This document shows positions 1 to 13,127 of a stretch of DNA of 64,000 nucleotides, piece by piece. This DNA is from Octopus sinensis. Its lineage: Eukaryota. The stretch is taken from positions 18,166,001 to 18,230,000 of the forward strand of contig NC_043020.1 in NCBI RefSeq assembly GCF_006345805.1, written 5' to 3'. How positions within the stretch are numbered: position 1 is the stretch's first letter; every line of letters starts with the position of its first letter. Made by a program: the position numbers and the translations under genes. The notes under the pieces were generated by a model that saw only the letters and a list, made by a program, of their open reading frames with translations, made no database searches and was not told where the DNA came from.

Positions 1-1979
1 GTGTGACTGCAATGCAAAACTGACCTCAGTAGGATTTGAACTCAAAACAGAGCCAGAACATTTAGTCGGAGCATTTTATCCAACACTGTCACAACTACCG
101 TAATGATGGTTGTACACAAACATACATACATACATACATACACACCATCTTCTAATAAATTTACTGAAGGTTACCCACCTCTCTCTCCAGTCTTATTGTC
201 CTCTTCAAATGGCATTTGAAAAAGTTGATGAGGGCATGGGTGGAGAAGAAAAGTCTTGTCCTCAGTCCTTTCCATCTTGTCTACCATACTATTTTCATCA
301 GCAATGATAATATTGGCTCAAAAGCAGCAAATTAGCAGGTTGTGAGTGGGGAAGCACTCATTAAATTGCCCCCAAGAGAGATGAACGGCAAAGTTAACCT
401 CACTTTATAATTTGAATACAGAATATAATGAGCTGGAATAAATACATTTCTTCCCCCTTTTGCCATACTATCATCAGATGAAATTGGTATTACAAAGGTA
501 GGTTCCATGAAGACTGGATATTTTGCTCAGAAATCAAGCAAGAAAACCCAAAATTACAAGAGGTAAATAAGTACACATGGTATACAAATAAGAGATGCTA
601 TGAACCACCTGATATAGGAGTTCTAACTTGGGCCAATCCTAGAACCACCACAGATCCAGGATTTCTCAAACCCCCGAGACTAAGTGCCCTCTACCAATTC
701 ATTCTCTGACTTACAAGTGCATGCAGAGAATCGATCCATCCACTATCACTTGCATTTTCAACTAATTTAATCACACTCCATTCTCACTTTCACTTCAAAG
801 TAGGGAAAAATTGATTAGGGTTTAACCGGTAATATATGATTAGGAGGAGGAGTGGCTGCACTGTTGAAAAGCTTGTCCTGTAACCCTTTGATCTCAGGTT
901 CAGCCATACACTGTGGAACCTTGGGAAAATGTCTTCTACTACAGCCCCAAACCAACCAAAGTCATGTGAGAGGATTTGGGAAATAACCCCCCCCCCCACC
1001 GTTGTGTGTGCGTGCGCGCGCATGCACACCTTGTTTCATATTATGTGGTTGGTGTAAACAAGCATCAATGTCATATAGGCTATGTTGTTTGTTTCCTATC
1101 TTCCATGAAAAAATATGTCCAGCCATGGGGGAAATTATTAGCTTGCTTTGAAACAGGTGAGGGTTGGCAACAGAAAGGGCATCTGAACCATAAAGAATCT
1201 GTTTGACTGATACAAGAATGGAAAAGTGGACATTAAATGACAACAATGATGATGATGATGATTTTGTCTCTTCAAAATGAAAATAAAATCCAACAAGACA
1301 ACATCAGATATATATACAGAGATGATCAAGCAGGTTTAGGTCAAAAGCATTCCAGCCATGGCCATCCACCCACTCTGCTTTTTTTTTTTCAGACATTCTT
1401 CCTTTCTTTGTAAGAAGACCACATGTTATTAGAGGGTGATTTGAGTGCTATTTCTAACAGATCAAGTACGTCCCTCCACCAACACCACCAATAATCTGTT
1501 TGTTGTCAACTACATTGTCTTTGTATACAATACAATGGTACAAAAGAAATGCAGCTGAATAGGGAAATAGCATACTGCGAGATAAATAAGAAATCTGTAT
1601 TTAAAGTTGGTGAACTGGTGCCACCGTCACCATCACTACCACCAGCTAGAAATGTACTGAAAATGACTATTATGAAAAATCTCGAGGAATTTTTCAGTGC
1701 AAGCTGGCATTACAATGGTGACACACAGATGAGAAATGATATTAGCAGAGAAAAAGAAGGCAAAAGTATGTGAGACAATAGATTTTCCACTACACCATAT
1801 AAAGTAGCAAATGAAATAATAATAATAATAATAATAATATTGAAAGAACTGGGTAACACATGGGAAATGAGTAAGAGCCAACCTTATTATCTTAGGTGTC
1901 ACGGCTGTTTGAAATGCTTGGATAATGGGAGTTGAAAAGTAAAAAAAAATGTTTTTAACTCTAATCAATTTTCAATTTT

Positions 1980-2290
1980 ATCATACTTCTTTCAGTCATA
2001 AGATTGCAGCCACGCGGGAGCACTACCTTGAAGTATTTTAGTTGAATGAATCAATCCCAGTACTTAGTATTTCTTTTAAAGCCTGGTACGTATTCTATTG
2101 GTCTCTTTTGCTGAACCAATACGTCATGGGGACATAAACACACCAACACTGGTTGTCAACAAACACAGATACTAAGACACATAATACATAGGTACATAAA
2201 CACACACACATATATATATAGGGGATCCTTTCAGTTTCTGCCTACCAAATCCACCCACAAGGCCTGAGGCTGTAGTAGAAGTCACTGTCA
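1980..2290 (-). mobile_element. CORE-type SINE, older copy
   Basis: Same family as 11931-12333 (TTTCAGTCAT..GA.TGC.GCCA.GC.GGAGCAC). Further copies lie near 843, 4750, 5620, 5990, 10205, 15340, 27340, 27970, 35320, 40870, 55150, 57570, 58590 and 59240. Confidence 0.75.
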
Positions 2291-5200
2291 AAGTTATTTT
2301 AATAAACTTTTATCATTTTAAAAATTAACTGAAACCAAGACAATGTATTACAACAGAAATATGCTAATGAAAGGGTTAACAATTTTCATCGGATGAAAGG
2401 GACAACCTTGGTGAGGCTTGAACTCAGAATGTAAAACAGCCAGAATGAACACTGCATGACATTTTGTCAAATGCTTAACAATTCTGCTTATCCACTGCCC
2501 CCAGGAAATAAACGACTGCAAAAACAACAATGACAACAAGAAACTGATGGAATAACCAAATATCAATGCAGATTGTAAATAACATTAAAAAAAGAAAAAT
2601 TTTTAAACAGCAGTAAGAGGTTTAAAAGTTTACCCAACATACATTAGAAATATTTTCGCTTATATTTTTCAGGAAGAAAAATAATTTAGATGAGTATAAC
2701 TTTTAGGAAGGGGCAACTTATGGGTCCAGAAATGACCTGGTAGTTATGAAGTTTACCAATGTTTTCTGAGTAAATTTAGGTTGAAAGACGTTGCGTAGAA
2801 GGCTATAAGTGTATGTGTAGGCATACATGTTCTCATCATGCTTAGTGAAAATCTTTCTAATTAAGCACAAGTTTTCCCATTGAATGAAACCATAGTCTTT
2901 TTGACTTTCTCATGGGTTGTTTTCTTTTTTTTTGCAGAAATACTGGATGGCCATTGGCCCACAAGGAGCTCATTCAGCCTTTGACAGGCCTTGTTTTTAG
3001 TCCTCACACAAGTAGTGAGCTACTCAAGTGTGGGAGCCACTTTAGTCACAAGACCATGAAACAGGTAGTACTGGTTCACATGGTACCCAGTAGCAGGTCT
3101 CATCAGCCTGTGTAAAATCAGTGCATCAGACTAAAGTAACTTATCAAGTTACACCAAAAGGTCAACTTAATCTTTTACTTATCTCAATCATTGGATTGCA
3201 GCCATGCAGGGTTGAGTCAAACAAATTGAGCCCAGTACTTACCACTAAGTTATGGGGATGTAAACAAACCAACACCTATTCACAATCAGTGAGCAGACAA
3301 ACACAAAATAGGCTTCCACAGTTTCCATCAACCACATTCATTCAAAATGAATAGGTCAGTCTGGGCCTATAATACAAGGCACCTGTCCAAGGTACCATGG
3401 AATGGAACTGAACTAAAACCACATGGTTATAAAGTGAGCTTCTTAACCAATATCTTAAAAGCTTTGCTTGCACCTATTATACAGACCTATAAAATAAAAA
3501 CCAAACTTAGTACTGGGTCTATATAGTTGACAAAACCCCTTGCAAATAGTGCACTGGCATATATGCCGTCTGAAGAATGACACCATTATTTAGCATTTAA
3601 ACCCACCATATCCAGCCAGATCCTGTCTCTCACACCTACCCTATTCTAAAAATATACAATCACATCATCAAAACCTTGAAGCTACAAGATAATACATGAT
3701 TAATGAAAACAACATGAATAAATAAGCAATACATATGACAGAGTGATCTGAATGATTAAGGGTTAAATGAGTTATGTAATGACAACTCTTTTGTTACCAT
3801 ATTGCTGTCAGCACATGCTGCCTTTGTTTCAATTAATTTTTAAAATAATGAAGAATTTAGTAAAATACCTTTATCATTATTAAGCTGAAGTCTGGAACAA
3901 ATTAACATGACATTTTGATGGAAGATTGTAATTTAGACCACTTTAAAACAGTAAAGTTTGTCAAAGAACCTGAGGTGATCTTAGGCAGGTTGGTATCAAG
4001 AGTTAACCTTTTAGCAGTTAAACCAGCCATATGAAGGCCCAAATATTCTACCTGCTTTATGTTCAGACTAGACAGATCTTGCCTATCACATGTACCCTGC
4101 AATGCCATTCTAATAATATAATCACAGTCAAATTCTTGAAGCTACCAGATAATGAATGATAAATTTAAAACACAATCTGAATAAATAAGCATTACACTAA
4201 AAGTGTAATAGTTGACAAAGTATTCTGAATGCTTAAAGGACGGATGAAAGAGTAAATCACAATCTTTACCATAATAATTCCAGATGATTTATAAGAATAT
4301 TAAAATCAACTCCAATTCTAGACAGTACATTATTTCATCAAACTTCCCAGAAAGATGACAGACAGAGTTGACCCCAGAAAGCAAAGCTTCATCACCAAAT
4401 ATTCGCTTTAAATTTTGATACAAGGCCAGAAGTTTCAGGGAAGGGAGAAAGTTGATTACATCAATCCCAGTGCTTGAATGATAGTTATTTTACTGACCTC
4501 AAAAAGATGAAAGGAAAAGTTAATCGCTCCACCAGGTTTAGAACTCAAAACGTAAAGACGGATGAAATGCTGTTAAACATTTTGCCCGGTGTGCTAACAG
4601 TTCTGCCAGCTCACTGACTTTCCGTAAGGAAAATATTGCAGGCATTTTGTCTGATACATAACAATTTGGCATATTTGTCATCCAACATTCTATGGTGATA
4701 GAGATTTATAGCAAAAACTAAATTCCCATTTGAAAAACCTCAATATACATGCAAGCATAGCTGTGTGGTTAACAAATTTGCTTCATATGGTTTTCTGTTC
4801 AGTCTTAGTGCATGGGTCCCTTCAGTAAGTATCTACTATATGCTTGGGTCAACCAGTGCCTTGTGAGAGGATTTGATAGATGGAAACTGAAAGAAGCCCA
4901 TTACAAGTGTACCTGTGTTTGATCACCAGCACTGCTTGACAACCAGTGTTGGTTTGTTAACATCCCTGTAATTTAGCAGTCTAGCAAAAGAGACCAATGG
5001 AACAAGTAACAAAAAAAAAAAAATCCTTGGGTCAGTTTGTTTGAGTAAACCTTTCAAGGAAGTGCCATGGCATGACTGCAGTCTAATGACTGAAGGAAGT
5101 AAAAGTTAAAAAGATATGTTTTCACTACATCTATTTTATACATTGATTTTCAAATTGTGCCAAGGCCAGTTTTACCTTTCAGCTTTCTGCCACTCAGAAA

Positions 5201-6126
5201 AAATAAGAATGAAACAGTCCATTAATAATGGCAAGGATTGATATTAATTCAAATCTCTCACACACGCACGTGCACATGCAAAGTATGGTTCTTAATGAAA
5301 ACAAGTCAATGACCTCTGTACAAAATCCAGTCAGTTGACAAAATACTTGTCCTATTTTTAAAATTATTCATTTAATGTCAGATAAACATTGAAGGTTAAG
5401 CTGACAAATCTAAGGTATTTAATAGCACCTGTGGCATAATTTAACAAGAAACTAAAATAAAGGTTAATAAAAAAATTTGCACTAACTAAAGCTTATTACA
5501 TGACAGGGTTAGCTGAAGTTATCATATGACAGGATATGTTGATGTGAGCCTTATTTTATATCAATTCTTCCATAAATCAGTTTTTTCATAGAATATAACT
5601 TATCTGTTATCTTTTACTTGTTACAATCAGTGGAGTGTGCCATGCTGGAGCACTACCTTGAAGGACTTAGTCAAAGAAACTGACCCCCAATAATTTTTTG
5701 TTTCCTAAGTTTCGTACTTATTTTATCAGTTTCTTTTGCTAAAATTGTTAAGTTATAGGAATGTAAATAAACCAATACTGGTGTCAAACAGTGAAGGGGA
5801 CATACACAAACGCAAAGACAGACACATACAGGTGCACGCAACAGGTCTCCACACAGTTTACATGTACTAAATTCACTCATAAGGCATTGTTTGGCCCAGG
5901 GCTATAATATAAGAGACATGCTGAAGGTCACATGATTCTGAAATACAGTTTCCTGTGGGTAAGAAATACATTTTCCCAGAGTAACACTACGGTAAGGGGC
6001 TTGCTTCCCAACTACATGGCTTCGGGTTCAAATCCCACTATGTGGCATCTTGGGCAAGTGTTTTCTACTACAGCCTCTGGCTGACCAAAGTCTTGTGAGT
6101 GGATCTGGCAGGCAGAAACTAAAAGA

Positions 6127-6350
6127 AGGCAGCGAACTGGTAGAAACATTAGAACACTGGGCGAAATGCTTAGCGGTATTTCATCTGCCGTTACGTTCTG
6201 AGTTGAAATTCCGCAGAGGTTGACTTTGCCTTTCATCCTTTCGGGGTCGATAAAGTACCAGTTACACACTGTAATCGATTTAATCCCTTTGTCTGTCCTT
6301 GTTTGTCCCCTCTATGTTTAGCCCCTTGTGGGCGATAAACAAATAAGAAA
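6127..6350 (+). mobile_element. Deu/Nin-like tRNA SINE nested in a CORE-type SINE (5990-6575)
   Basis: AGGCAGCGAACTGGTAGAAAC...GAGTTGAAATTCCGCAGAGGTTGACTTTGCCTTTCATCCTTTCGGGGTCGATAAA. The flanking CORE-SINE head and tail continue on either side. Confidence 0.75.
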
Positions 6351-6896
6351 CTGAAAAAAGTCCATTATGTGTATGTGTGTGTTCCCTTCACCACTGTTTT
6401 TGACAACTGGTGTTGGTGTATTTATGCCCCTGCAACTTAGCAGTTCAGCAAAAGTTACTGATAGAATACCACATTTTAAAAATTAAATACTGGGGTTAAT
6501 TCATTCAGTTGAAAACTCATCAAGACAGTGCCCCGCATGGCCACAGTCTAATGACTGAAACAAGTAAAAGAATAAAAATGAAAACGAAACAAGGATCTCA
6601 TATTTAACCCTGCTTTGGTTATTTCTTATGTTGGAAACAATAGAAATAAAGAAACCCCATCATAAAGTGCCCCTTTACAAATCAAAATATCCATTACTTC
6701 AGACTAAATATTACTTAAAACCTAATGCATCATCTCTAATGAGGCAGGGGGACTTGCAGCAACAAGAACTTCAAGGTTTTTGTTCTGGGTCCCCCATAAC
6801 AAAAATTCTGAAGAAGAAAATGAAATATTGATGAGGGACCTGGAGTCTTAGGAATTAATATGAACTTGGAGGGTGCCAACAACAGTATCTCTAAAC

Positions 6897-7150
6897 CGGT
6901 GGTTCTCAAGTGTTTTTTTTTTTGCTTGTGGACCCCTTTTTGACTCCTATTTTGTTCAACTGGACCCTCACAGCCTTTCAATGTTTTTAAAAAATCCTTA
7001 TTATATTTTTATTATTACATATTATTAGGAACTGTATAAAAAGTTTGTTAAAATATTCTGTGCATTGTAAAAGCAGTTTATGGCACAAATTTAACAACAA
7101 AATCTTATAGGACCCTCAAGGGCCATATGAACCCTGGTTGAGAACCACTG
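6897..7150 (+). mobile_element. hAT (Charlie-like) MITE
   Basis: TIRs C(G)GTGGTTCTCAA ... TTGAGAACCACTG. Internal sequence is similar to the copies at 8764 and 28311. TSD not intact. Confidence 0.7.
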
Positions 7151-7394
7151 TTCCCTCAAAATACACTCGTCTTCATAAATGAACATTTTGGATTAAATGT
7201 TATCCTAGATACACTATATTTGGAGGGAAATAAAGAAGGAAACGGATGGCAAAGGCTAAAACACCGATCAAGGTTGATCTAGGATTTAGAATGCAAGGGT
7301 GTGGACAAGAGTGCTGAAAGAAAGAAAAATGTTTTAGGTGGGAGAACAAGTAAAAGTTAGTTTACTTGAAGGAATATTTTTGTATCTGCGTCGC

Positions 7395-7660
7395 CTTACT
7401 GGCACTTGTGCTGGTGGCACGTGAAAAAACATTTGAGCGAGGTCGTTGCCAGTACCGCCTGACTGGCCCTTGTGTCGGTGGCACATAAAAGCACCCACTA
7501 CACTCTCAGAGTGGTTGGCGTTAGGAAGGGTATCCAGTTGTAGAAACTCTGCCAGATCAGACTGGAGCCTGGTGCAGCCATCTGGTTCGCTAGCCCTCAG
7601 TCAAATCATCCAACCCATGCTAACATGGAAAGCGGACATTAAACGATGATGATGATGAAA
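7395..7660 (+). mobile_element. SINE-like repeat with GTGCCGGTGGCAC hairpin units and an RTE-like tail ending in (GAT)n
   Basis: Shares body and tail (AACCCATGCTAGCATGGAAAGCGGAC.TTAAACGATGATGATG) with copies at 18170, 50230, 21380 and 53830. Confidence 0.75.
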
Positions 7661-7705
7661 GAGTCAGCAACAGTTTTCAAGAAAAAAAGGGCAAACATTG
7701 CTTAC

Positions 7706-7829
7706 CAGCTGGTGTGGATCCAAATATACGGATAACTGGAACTTGAACCGATGATGAAAGTTTTGCATCCAGGCCAGCAACAGGGTTTGAGACATAGTAG
7801 TCAGCAGTGACTATACGCACTGAAAACAT
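7706..7829 (-). CDS. REV3L: First coding exon of DNA polymerase zeta catalytic subunit (REV3L); partial gene, transcribed toward the left end of the window
   Basis: Translates as MFSVRIVTADYYVSNPVAGLDAKLSSSVQVPVIRIFGSTPA+G, matching the conserved REV3/REV3L N-terminus (human MFSVRIVTADYYMASPLQGLD...VPVVRVFGATPAG). ATG at 7829-7827; 124 nt followed by a G|GTAAG donor (plus strand CTTAC at 7701-7705). Confidence 0.93.
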
Positions 7830-7878
7830 GATTCCAGCAGCTGGACTGCTAACTGATGCTTCTACAACATTATGTGCC
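7830..7878 (-). other. REV3L: 5' leader part of the REV3L exon, after a splice acceptor
   Basis: Minus strand reads ...tttccttttcattgcAG|GGCACATAATG... (AG at 7880-7879), a strong polypyrimidine tract plus AG. So at least one further upstream exon exists. Confidence 0.75.
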
Positions 7879-8763
7879 CTGCAATGAAAAGGAAACATAT
7901 TTTAATTATTTAGTTTAGACATATAAATAAGGATGCATGGATACAATCATATCAAAAATCTTTAGCATTCAGATTATCTGCTAAATGCTTATTTATCCAC
8001 ATTCTTTTGAATTTATCAAGCATTCTCTCATAGCTTCAAGCTTTCAATGTCAATTGTATCAAAAATCATCTCTACAAAGCTTCTAAGTGCCTGCTCAATC
8101 TGCTAGAAACAACAGCTAAATCTTCTTCAAATCATATACTACTTGGTTAGAAAGGACAGACTGGAACACCTTTGATCATAGGTCTGCTCAATCAATATTG
8201 GGGCTAAACAATAACACTCCTATTTAACATCAGTCTCACACACATACACACAAGCTGTATTGCAGGAGTTTGGTAACAAACAGCATATTTTCACGTTTCT
8301 TAACAATAACACTACATGAGCCCAACCTTCTCAGAGCCTTACAAATCAGTGTTTCCCAACTGTTTTTGTAGTTCAGTCCCTCCATTTCACTTATGGTAAT
8401 TTAGAAACACCTGCTTCACATATAAAGTGAGGTGAAATATTGAGACACTTTCCCTGCTAGGAGAAAATTTAAATCAAACAGAAATTAAAATTTACGCAGT
8501 GATTTATTATCCATGTTATTGTAGCCAATCTAACATGTGTCTCCTTAGATATTTGTGTCGATTAGTACTCCTATTATTTTACTTGTTTCAGTCATTAGAC
8601 TGTGGCCATGCTGGGGCACTGCCTTGAAGAACTCTTAACGAAGTTAAAGTTATTTTATTAAATTCATTATTATTTCCCAAATCAATTGAAACAAAGGAAA
8701 TATATTTTAGCAGAAACATGGTAAAAAAAGGACTAATGAAAGTGGGGGGTTTGTGCTTTAAAT

Positions 8764-9025
8764 CACTGGTTCTCAGTTGGGGTCCATCTAAGATTTTTGG
8801 TGGTCCAAGCAACAAAATAATAAATTCGAGATCTACAATAGTATTTTAAGGGCCCCTGAAAAAAATTTGCAAGAAACAGCTAGGTTTCTTTCTCTGTTCA
8901 ACCTACAGAAGTCACTATGTAAAAAGTAGGAATTTTCAAAGAAGTATCTATAAAATTAGTTTTTAAACATCGAATGGCTGAATGGCTGTTGAGGTCCAGA
9001 GATAAAAAATGGTTGAGAACCCCTG
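8764..9025 (-). mobile_element. hAT MITE with perfect 8-bp TSD
   Basis: Ends CACTGGTTCTCAG / GTTGAGAACCCCTG. Identical CTTTAAAT immediately on both sides (8756-8763 and 9026-9033). Confidence 0.88.
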
Positions 9026-10604
9026 CTTTAAATACTTTATTTCTAAGAAAAATTATGCACACTCCCCACTCCCTTCCAACACTCAAGACTGCGCTTTTTG
9101 AGGCCGCAACACCCATTACTACCACAAAGAATAGTGGCATGGTTGGGTGTTGTAGGCTCAGGTTAACTCTTTAGCATTCAGATTCTTTTGTCCAATGTAA
9201 TGCTTATTCATTCTCATTGTTTTGAATTAGTCATGCATTATCTTGTAGCTTCAACATTTCAATGATGTGGTTGCTTACTTTTAAAATAACATTGTAGGGT
9301 AGGTGTGAGAGGCTGGAACTGCTTTGAATGCCCAGGTAGTAATTCCCAACACAGGGCATATGCCCCAACAGTGGGGCCAAGAAAAATTGAGGTGGCACAT
9401 TTTTTTTTTTTTTTTTTTGCTTTTCTTTAGTGAGACATGGAATTGTGAAAATCTTTTTACCACAGCAAAATATACTCCACCTATACTCAGCCTGGCCAGA
9501 CCAAACCCTCCAGCCAAACAGACTGTATGAAGACTGCTACAGTACAGTGTTATTTAAATGTTATAAAATACCAAAAATAAATTTTTTTTTTTACCAACCA
9601 GCAGTGAGGCAGACAATACATTTTTCTGGAAAGTTATAGTGGGGCCTGGGAGGAAAATAGGTTTGGAAACATTGTGATTAAGAACCACTACTCAAACTGA
9701 GCAACAAGTATATGTTTACTGGGAACTAAGGACAGTTTTCCATTCAGCATCTTCTAACCAATCACCTTTGGCAAAAACCAGCGTAATCTGGGTCAAATAT
9801 GTCATTGAGAAAAATGGAAAAGGATGCTAAACTGGAATTGGAAACTGGGTCATTTGAATCAGCCCTCCAAGAATTCCATCTTGCACTAATGTATTTTCTC
9901 CCTCTCTACCACACATACATATTCCATCATAATAGCACAAATTACAAAATATGGCACCATTCCACAATAAGTGATAAATTGTTGCTGGCGACTGTTGGAG
10001 ATGAGTTTTTTTTTTTTTTTTTCAGAGTCTATTTGTTACAGAGGCAAACAAGGTCACAATATTCTGAAAGAACAACATAGCTGATGTAATGAACTCCAGT
10101 AATTTGACAATAAGATTTGAAGTCAAAACCTGAAGGGATGTAAATAAATAACAAACTATTTTGCCCTGCACTCTGCCAAGTCTTCTAATCCAGTAACACA
10201 CCAACAAGCTAGCTTCCATGTGGTAAGAAATTTGCTTCCTAACCATATGGTTTTGGGTTCAGTCTCATTGTGTGGAACACGGGGCAAGTGTCTTTGGTAG
10301 GTGGAAACTGAAAGAAGCCTATTGTGTGTATGTATGTGTATGCATGTGTCAGTCCCTCACCAATGCTTGACAACTGGTGTTGGTGAGTTTCCATCCCTGT
10401 AGCTTAATGGTTTTGGCAAAAACAACTGATAGAACAAGTACATGTACATTCTATATATGCATAGTCCTAGAAGATAAGACAGCCATGACTAGAAATATTT
10501 TGATCAATATTTCTAGAAAGTATACCTGATATGGAACCAACAACTAAAAGACAGCATTTTCACAGCCAACATGTGACAAGGAGAGACAAACTCATACACA
10601 GGTA

Positions 10605-11334
10605 CAGGCATACCTCACCCTACATTGTTAATTGGTTCTAGGAAACACGACCTAAGTTGAAAAACAACTAAGTCAAATTAACTTGTGGCTAGGCCAGGCC
10701 GAATTTACTTGTCTCTAGGCTAAACCAATAATAATACCATTCCCAGTTCTGTACTTCCTTTTTCTGTACAATCGTTGATACAGTTGTCCAACTCATCCCA
10801 AAAGATTGTGCAATTGCTACTATTTTTCCACCTTTTTCATGGCCAGTTTATCTTCTAGCGTTATGGCAGGACACTTAGTACTTTCACTATGAATTTTCTT
10901 CGGAGCCATGGGGACAAAAAATAAAGTCACAAATGAATTAGAACAAATCTGAATTCAAAACAATCGCGGGTATCACGAGTGATAACGAAGCCTAACAGTA
11001 GATATTGGAACTACAGTGCAATATGACCTCCGAAAAACTGATAAATAGGACAACACAGCTGATTTCATTAACTAAGCTATTGTACTTTATGGTGTGTATC
11101 TTAACATTTACACTATGTATTTTAATATGATTTTATATGCTTTTATTCGTATTTATTATACAGTAACATGATTTTATGTGCTTTTAACAGTCTTCTAGTG
11201 ATTTTACGATTCCAATATTTTTGGCGGACTAACGTAAACTTGAGTAAAATAACTTAACTAGATTTTTATTTTTCCATGTATTATTTTTGAAAACCGATGT
11301 ATAATTGAAAATGACTGAAGCCGAGGTATGCCTG
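10605..11334. mobile_element. Tigger/pogo-like (Tc1/mariner) non-autonomous element, 730 bp
   Basis: TA|CAGGCATACCTC ... GAGGTATGCCTG|TA. The terminus CAGGCATACCTC is the Tigger1-type end, with a TA TSD. No transposase ORF. Confidence 0.82.
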
Positions 11335-11339
11335 TACCT

Positions 11340-11620
11340 CTGAAAGGCAGGCCTACTCAGCCATGAGCTTGGGTTATGGAAGCACCCTTGTCTACCAATG
11401 CCATCATATCTAGCATGATCTTCTGTGCATCTTGTGTAGCAGTGTACATGGGGTGACCAGTAGACTCACTCTGGTATTTGTAGATCCCAACATCGTCCAG
11501 ATGGTTGAGCTGCTGCTTGGAGGTGGGGAGGTACTGACTTATGGCCAGTGCAGAATGACTTACCGGCCCATTGCCAGCATTAGAGACTGTGTGAGATATC
11601 ATCAGTAATGGAAAGACCAA
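11340..11620 (-). pseudogene. Degenerate non-LTR reverse transcriptase fragment (L2/CR1-like)
   Basis: KQQLNHLDDVGIYKYQSESTGHP...QKIMLDMMALVDKG resembles the L2/CR1 RT segment 'L..HL....L...QSGFR.GHSTETALLKI.ND...A.D.G'. Terminates at a stop; GC-richer than its flanks. Confidence 0.5.
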
Positions 11621-11754
11621 ACTTGAAAACTTGGCTGCAATCTTTGTTTATTCTGATGTACATTAAACTTCCGTTCTTTCTCTCTTTCATCATCATCAAT
11701 ATTAATAATACCGTTAAGCATTTTGCCTGGCATAATAATAATTCTTTCTACTAA

Positions 11755-12358
11755 AGGCACAAGGCATGAAATTTTTTTTTGGGGGGGGGGGGGGACTAGT
11801 CAATTTCATTGACTTCACTGGTACTTAATTTATTGACTCCGAAAGGATGAAAGGAAAAGTCGACCTCAGCAGAATTTGAACTCAGAACATAAAAACGGAT
11901 GAAATGATGCTAAACATTTTGCTTAGCTTACTCTTTACTCTTTTACTCTTTTAATTGTTTCAGTCATTTGACTGCGGCCATGCTGGAGCACCGCCTTTAG
12001 TCGAGCAAATCGACCCCGGGACTTATTGTTTGTAAGCCCAGTACTTATTCTATCGGTCTCTTTTGCCGAACCGCTAAGTGACGGGGACGTAAACACACCA
12101 GCATCGGTTGTCAAGCAATGCTAGGGAGACAAACACACACGCACACACACATATATATATACATATATACGACAGGCTTCTTTCAGTTTCCGTCTACCAA
12201 ATCCACTCACAAGGCATTGGTCGGTCCAGGGCTATAGCAGAAGACACTTGCCCAAGATGTCACGCAGTGGGACTGAACCTGGAACCATGTGGTTGGTTAG
12301 CAAGCTACTTACCACACAGCCACTCCTGCGCCTAAAGATTCTGCCAGCTCACTGCCTT
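11755..12358 (-). mobile_element. Deu/Nin-domain-like tRNA SINE interrupted by a CORE-type SINE
   Basis: SINE body 11755-11930 (GGATGAAAGG.AAAGTCGACCTC.GCAGAATTTGAACTCAGAAC) resumes at about 12334 (GATTCTGCCAGCTC). Confidence 0.75.
11931..12333 (-). mobile_element. Full-length, young CORE-type tRNA-derived SINE
   Basis: On the minus strand: AGGCGCAGGAGTGGCTGTGTGG (A box)...GGTTCAGTCCC (B box)...CTTGGGCAAGTGTCTT (CORE-like) and a (GTAAAAGA)n tail. CpGs are retained. Confidence 0.85.
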
Positions 12359-13127
12359 AATAATGATACCATCATTTAACTTTTGTTTTGCATGCTGGCC
12401 TGGATTGTCTTTTGAAATTCAGATATTTTTAAGTATAATTTTATTCCTTATGTATTTTGAAAAGAATGATTGATCTTCTTCAGTATAGCATCATAAATAT
12501 CCTTCATTTCCAAAAGACAAAATAATCCAAGTTTATAGTTTGCTGAAATACTCCAAGTGCACAGTCTTCTGTGTATTCTCCGGACAAATAAAAATTGAAA
12601 AATTCTCCAAACTTAAGACTTATGAATTGTAAATTGAAATGCCGTGGGTGTAAATGTGGGATAATAGATGCTTATGTTGGTGATCTCTGGTTTTAAGAAT
12701 TGTGGGGAAAGTTAAAAACAATATGAAATCAAAAACATTGTAAGCCTTACTAAAACATCTAGCCTTATATTTATAACAGCTTTATTCAATATGTAACACT
12801 GATTTTTTTCCATGCCACCAGAGCAAGGATATGCAACAGAAAGAAAAAAGTGCAAATTAAAACTTAGAATCACCTAGACATTTAAACAAGTTGAAATTAA
12901 TGCCGGCTGTCCCTTATTAAAAAAAAAAAAAGTGACTTCATGCTGGCCTATGATAATATTTTCAATACTTTATGTCACAGGTGTTGGTATTATATTATCT
13001 CCACCAAGCATGGCACTTAATCTAGCCTAAAGCTGCCTATCTGACAACCAGCACGTGTTACACTGTAATGATGAATTCACTGCAAATAGCATCTGCAACA
13101 CAAGTTTTAATCACAAATTAGGAGAAA

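Noticed and set aside
2938-3064. Plus-strand exon-like segment (tttgcAG...CAG|GTAGT), with one open frame
   Set aside because: No recognisable homology or partner exons, and it lies antisense within the REV3L intron.
1-7700. Expected REV3L second coding exon (QK.CLH.HG.FPY...)
   Set aside because: Searched by eye and not found; probably lies beyond the left edge, although a missed divergent exon cannot be excluded.
11357-11620. 87-aa ORF as a host gene exon, and a faint SRP-RNA-like resemblance (TGCCTGTA, ACCGGCCCA) on the plus strand
   Set aside because: Better explained as a decayed RT fragment next to a Tigger TIR. The spacing does not fit SRP RNA.
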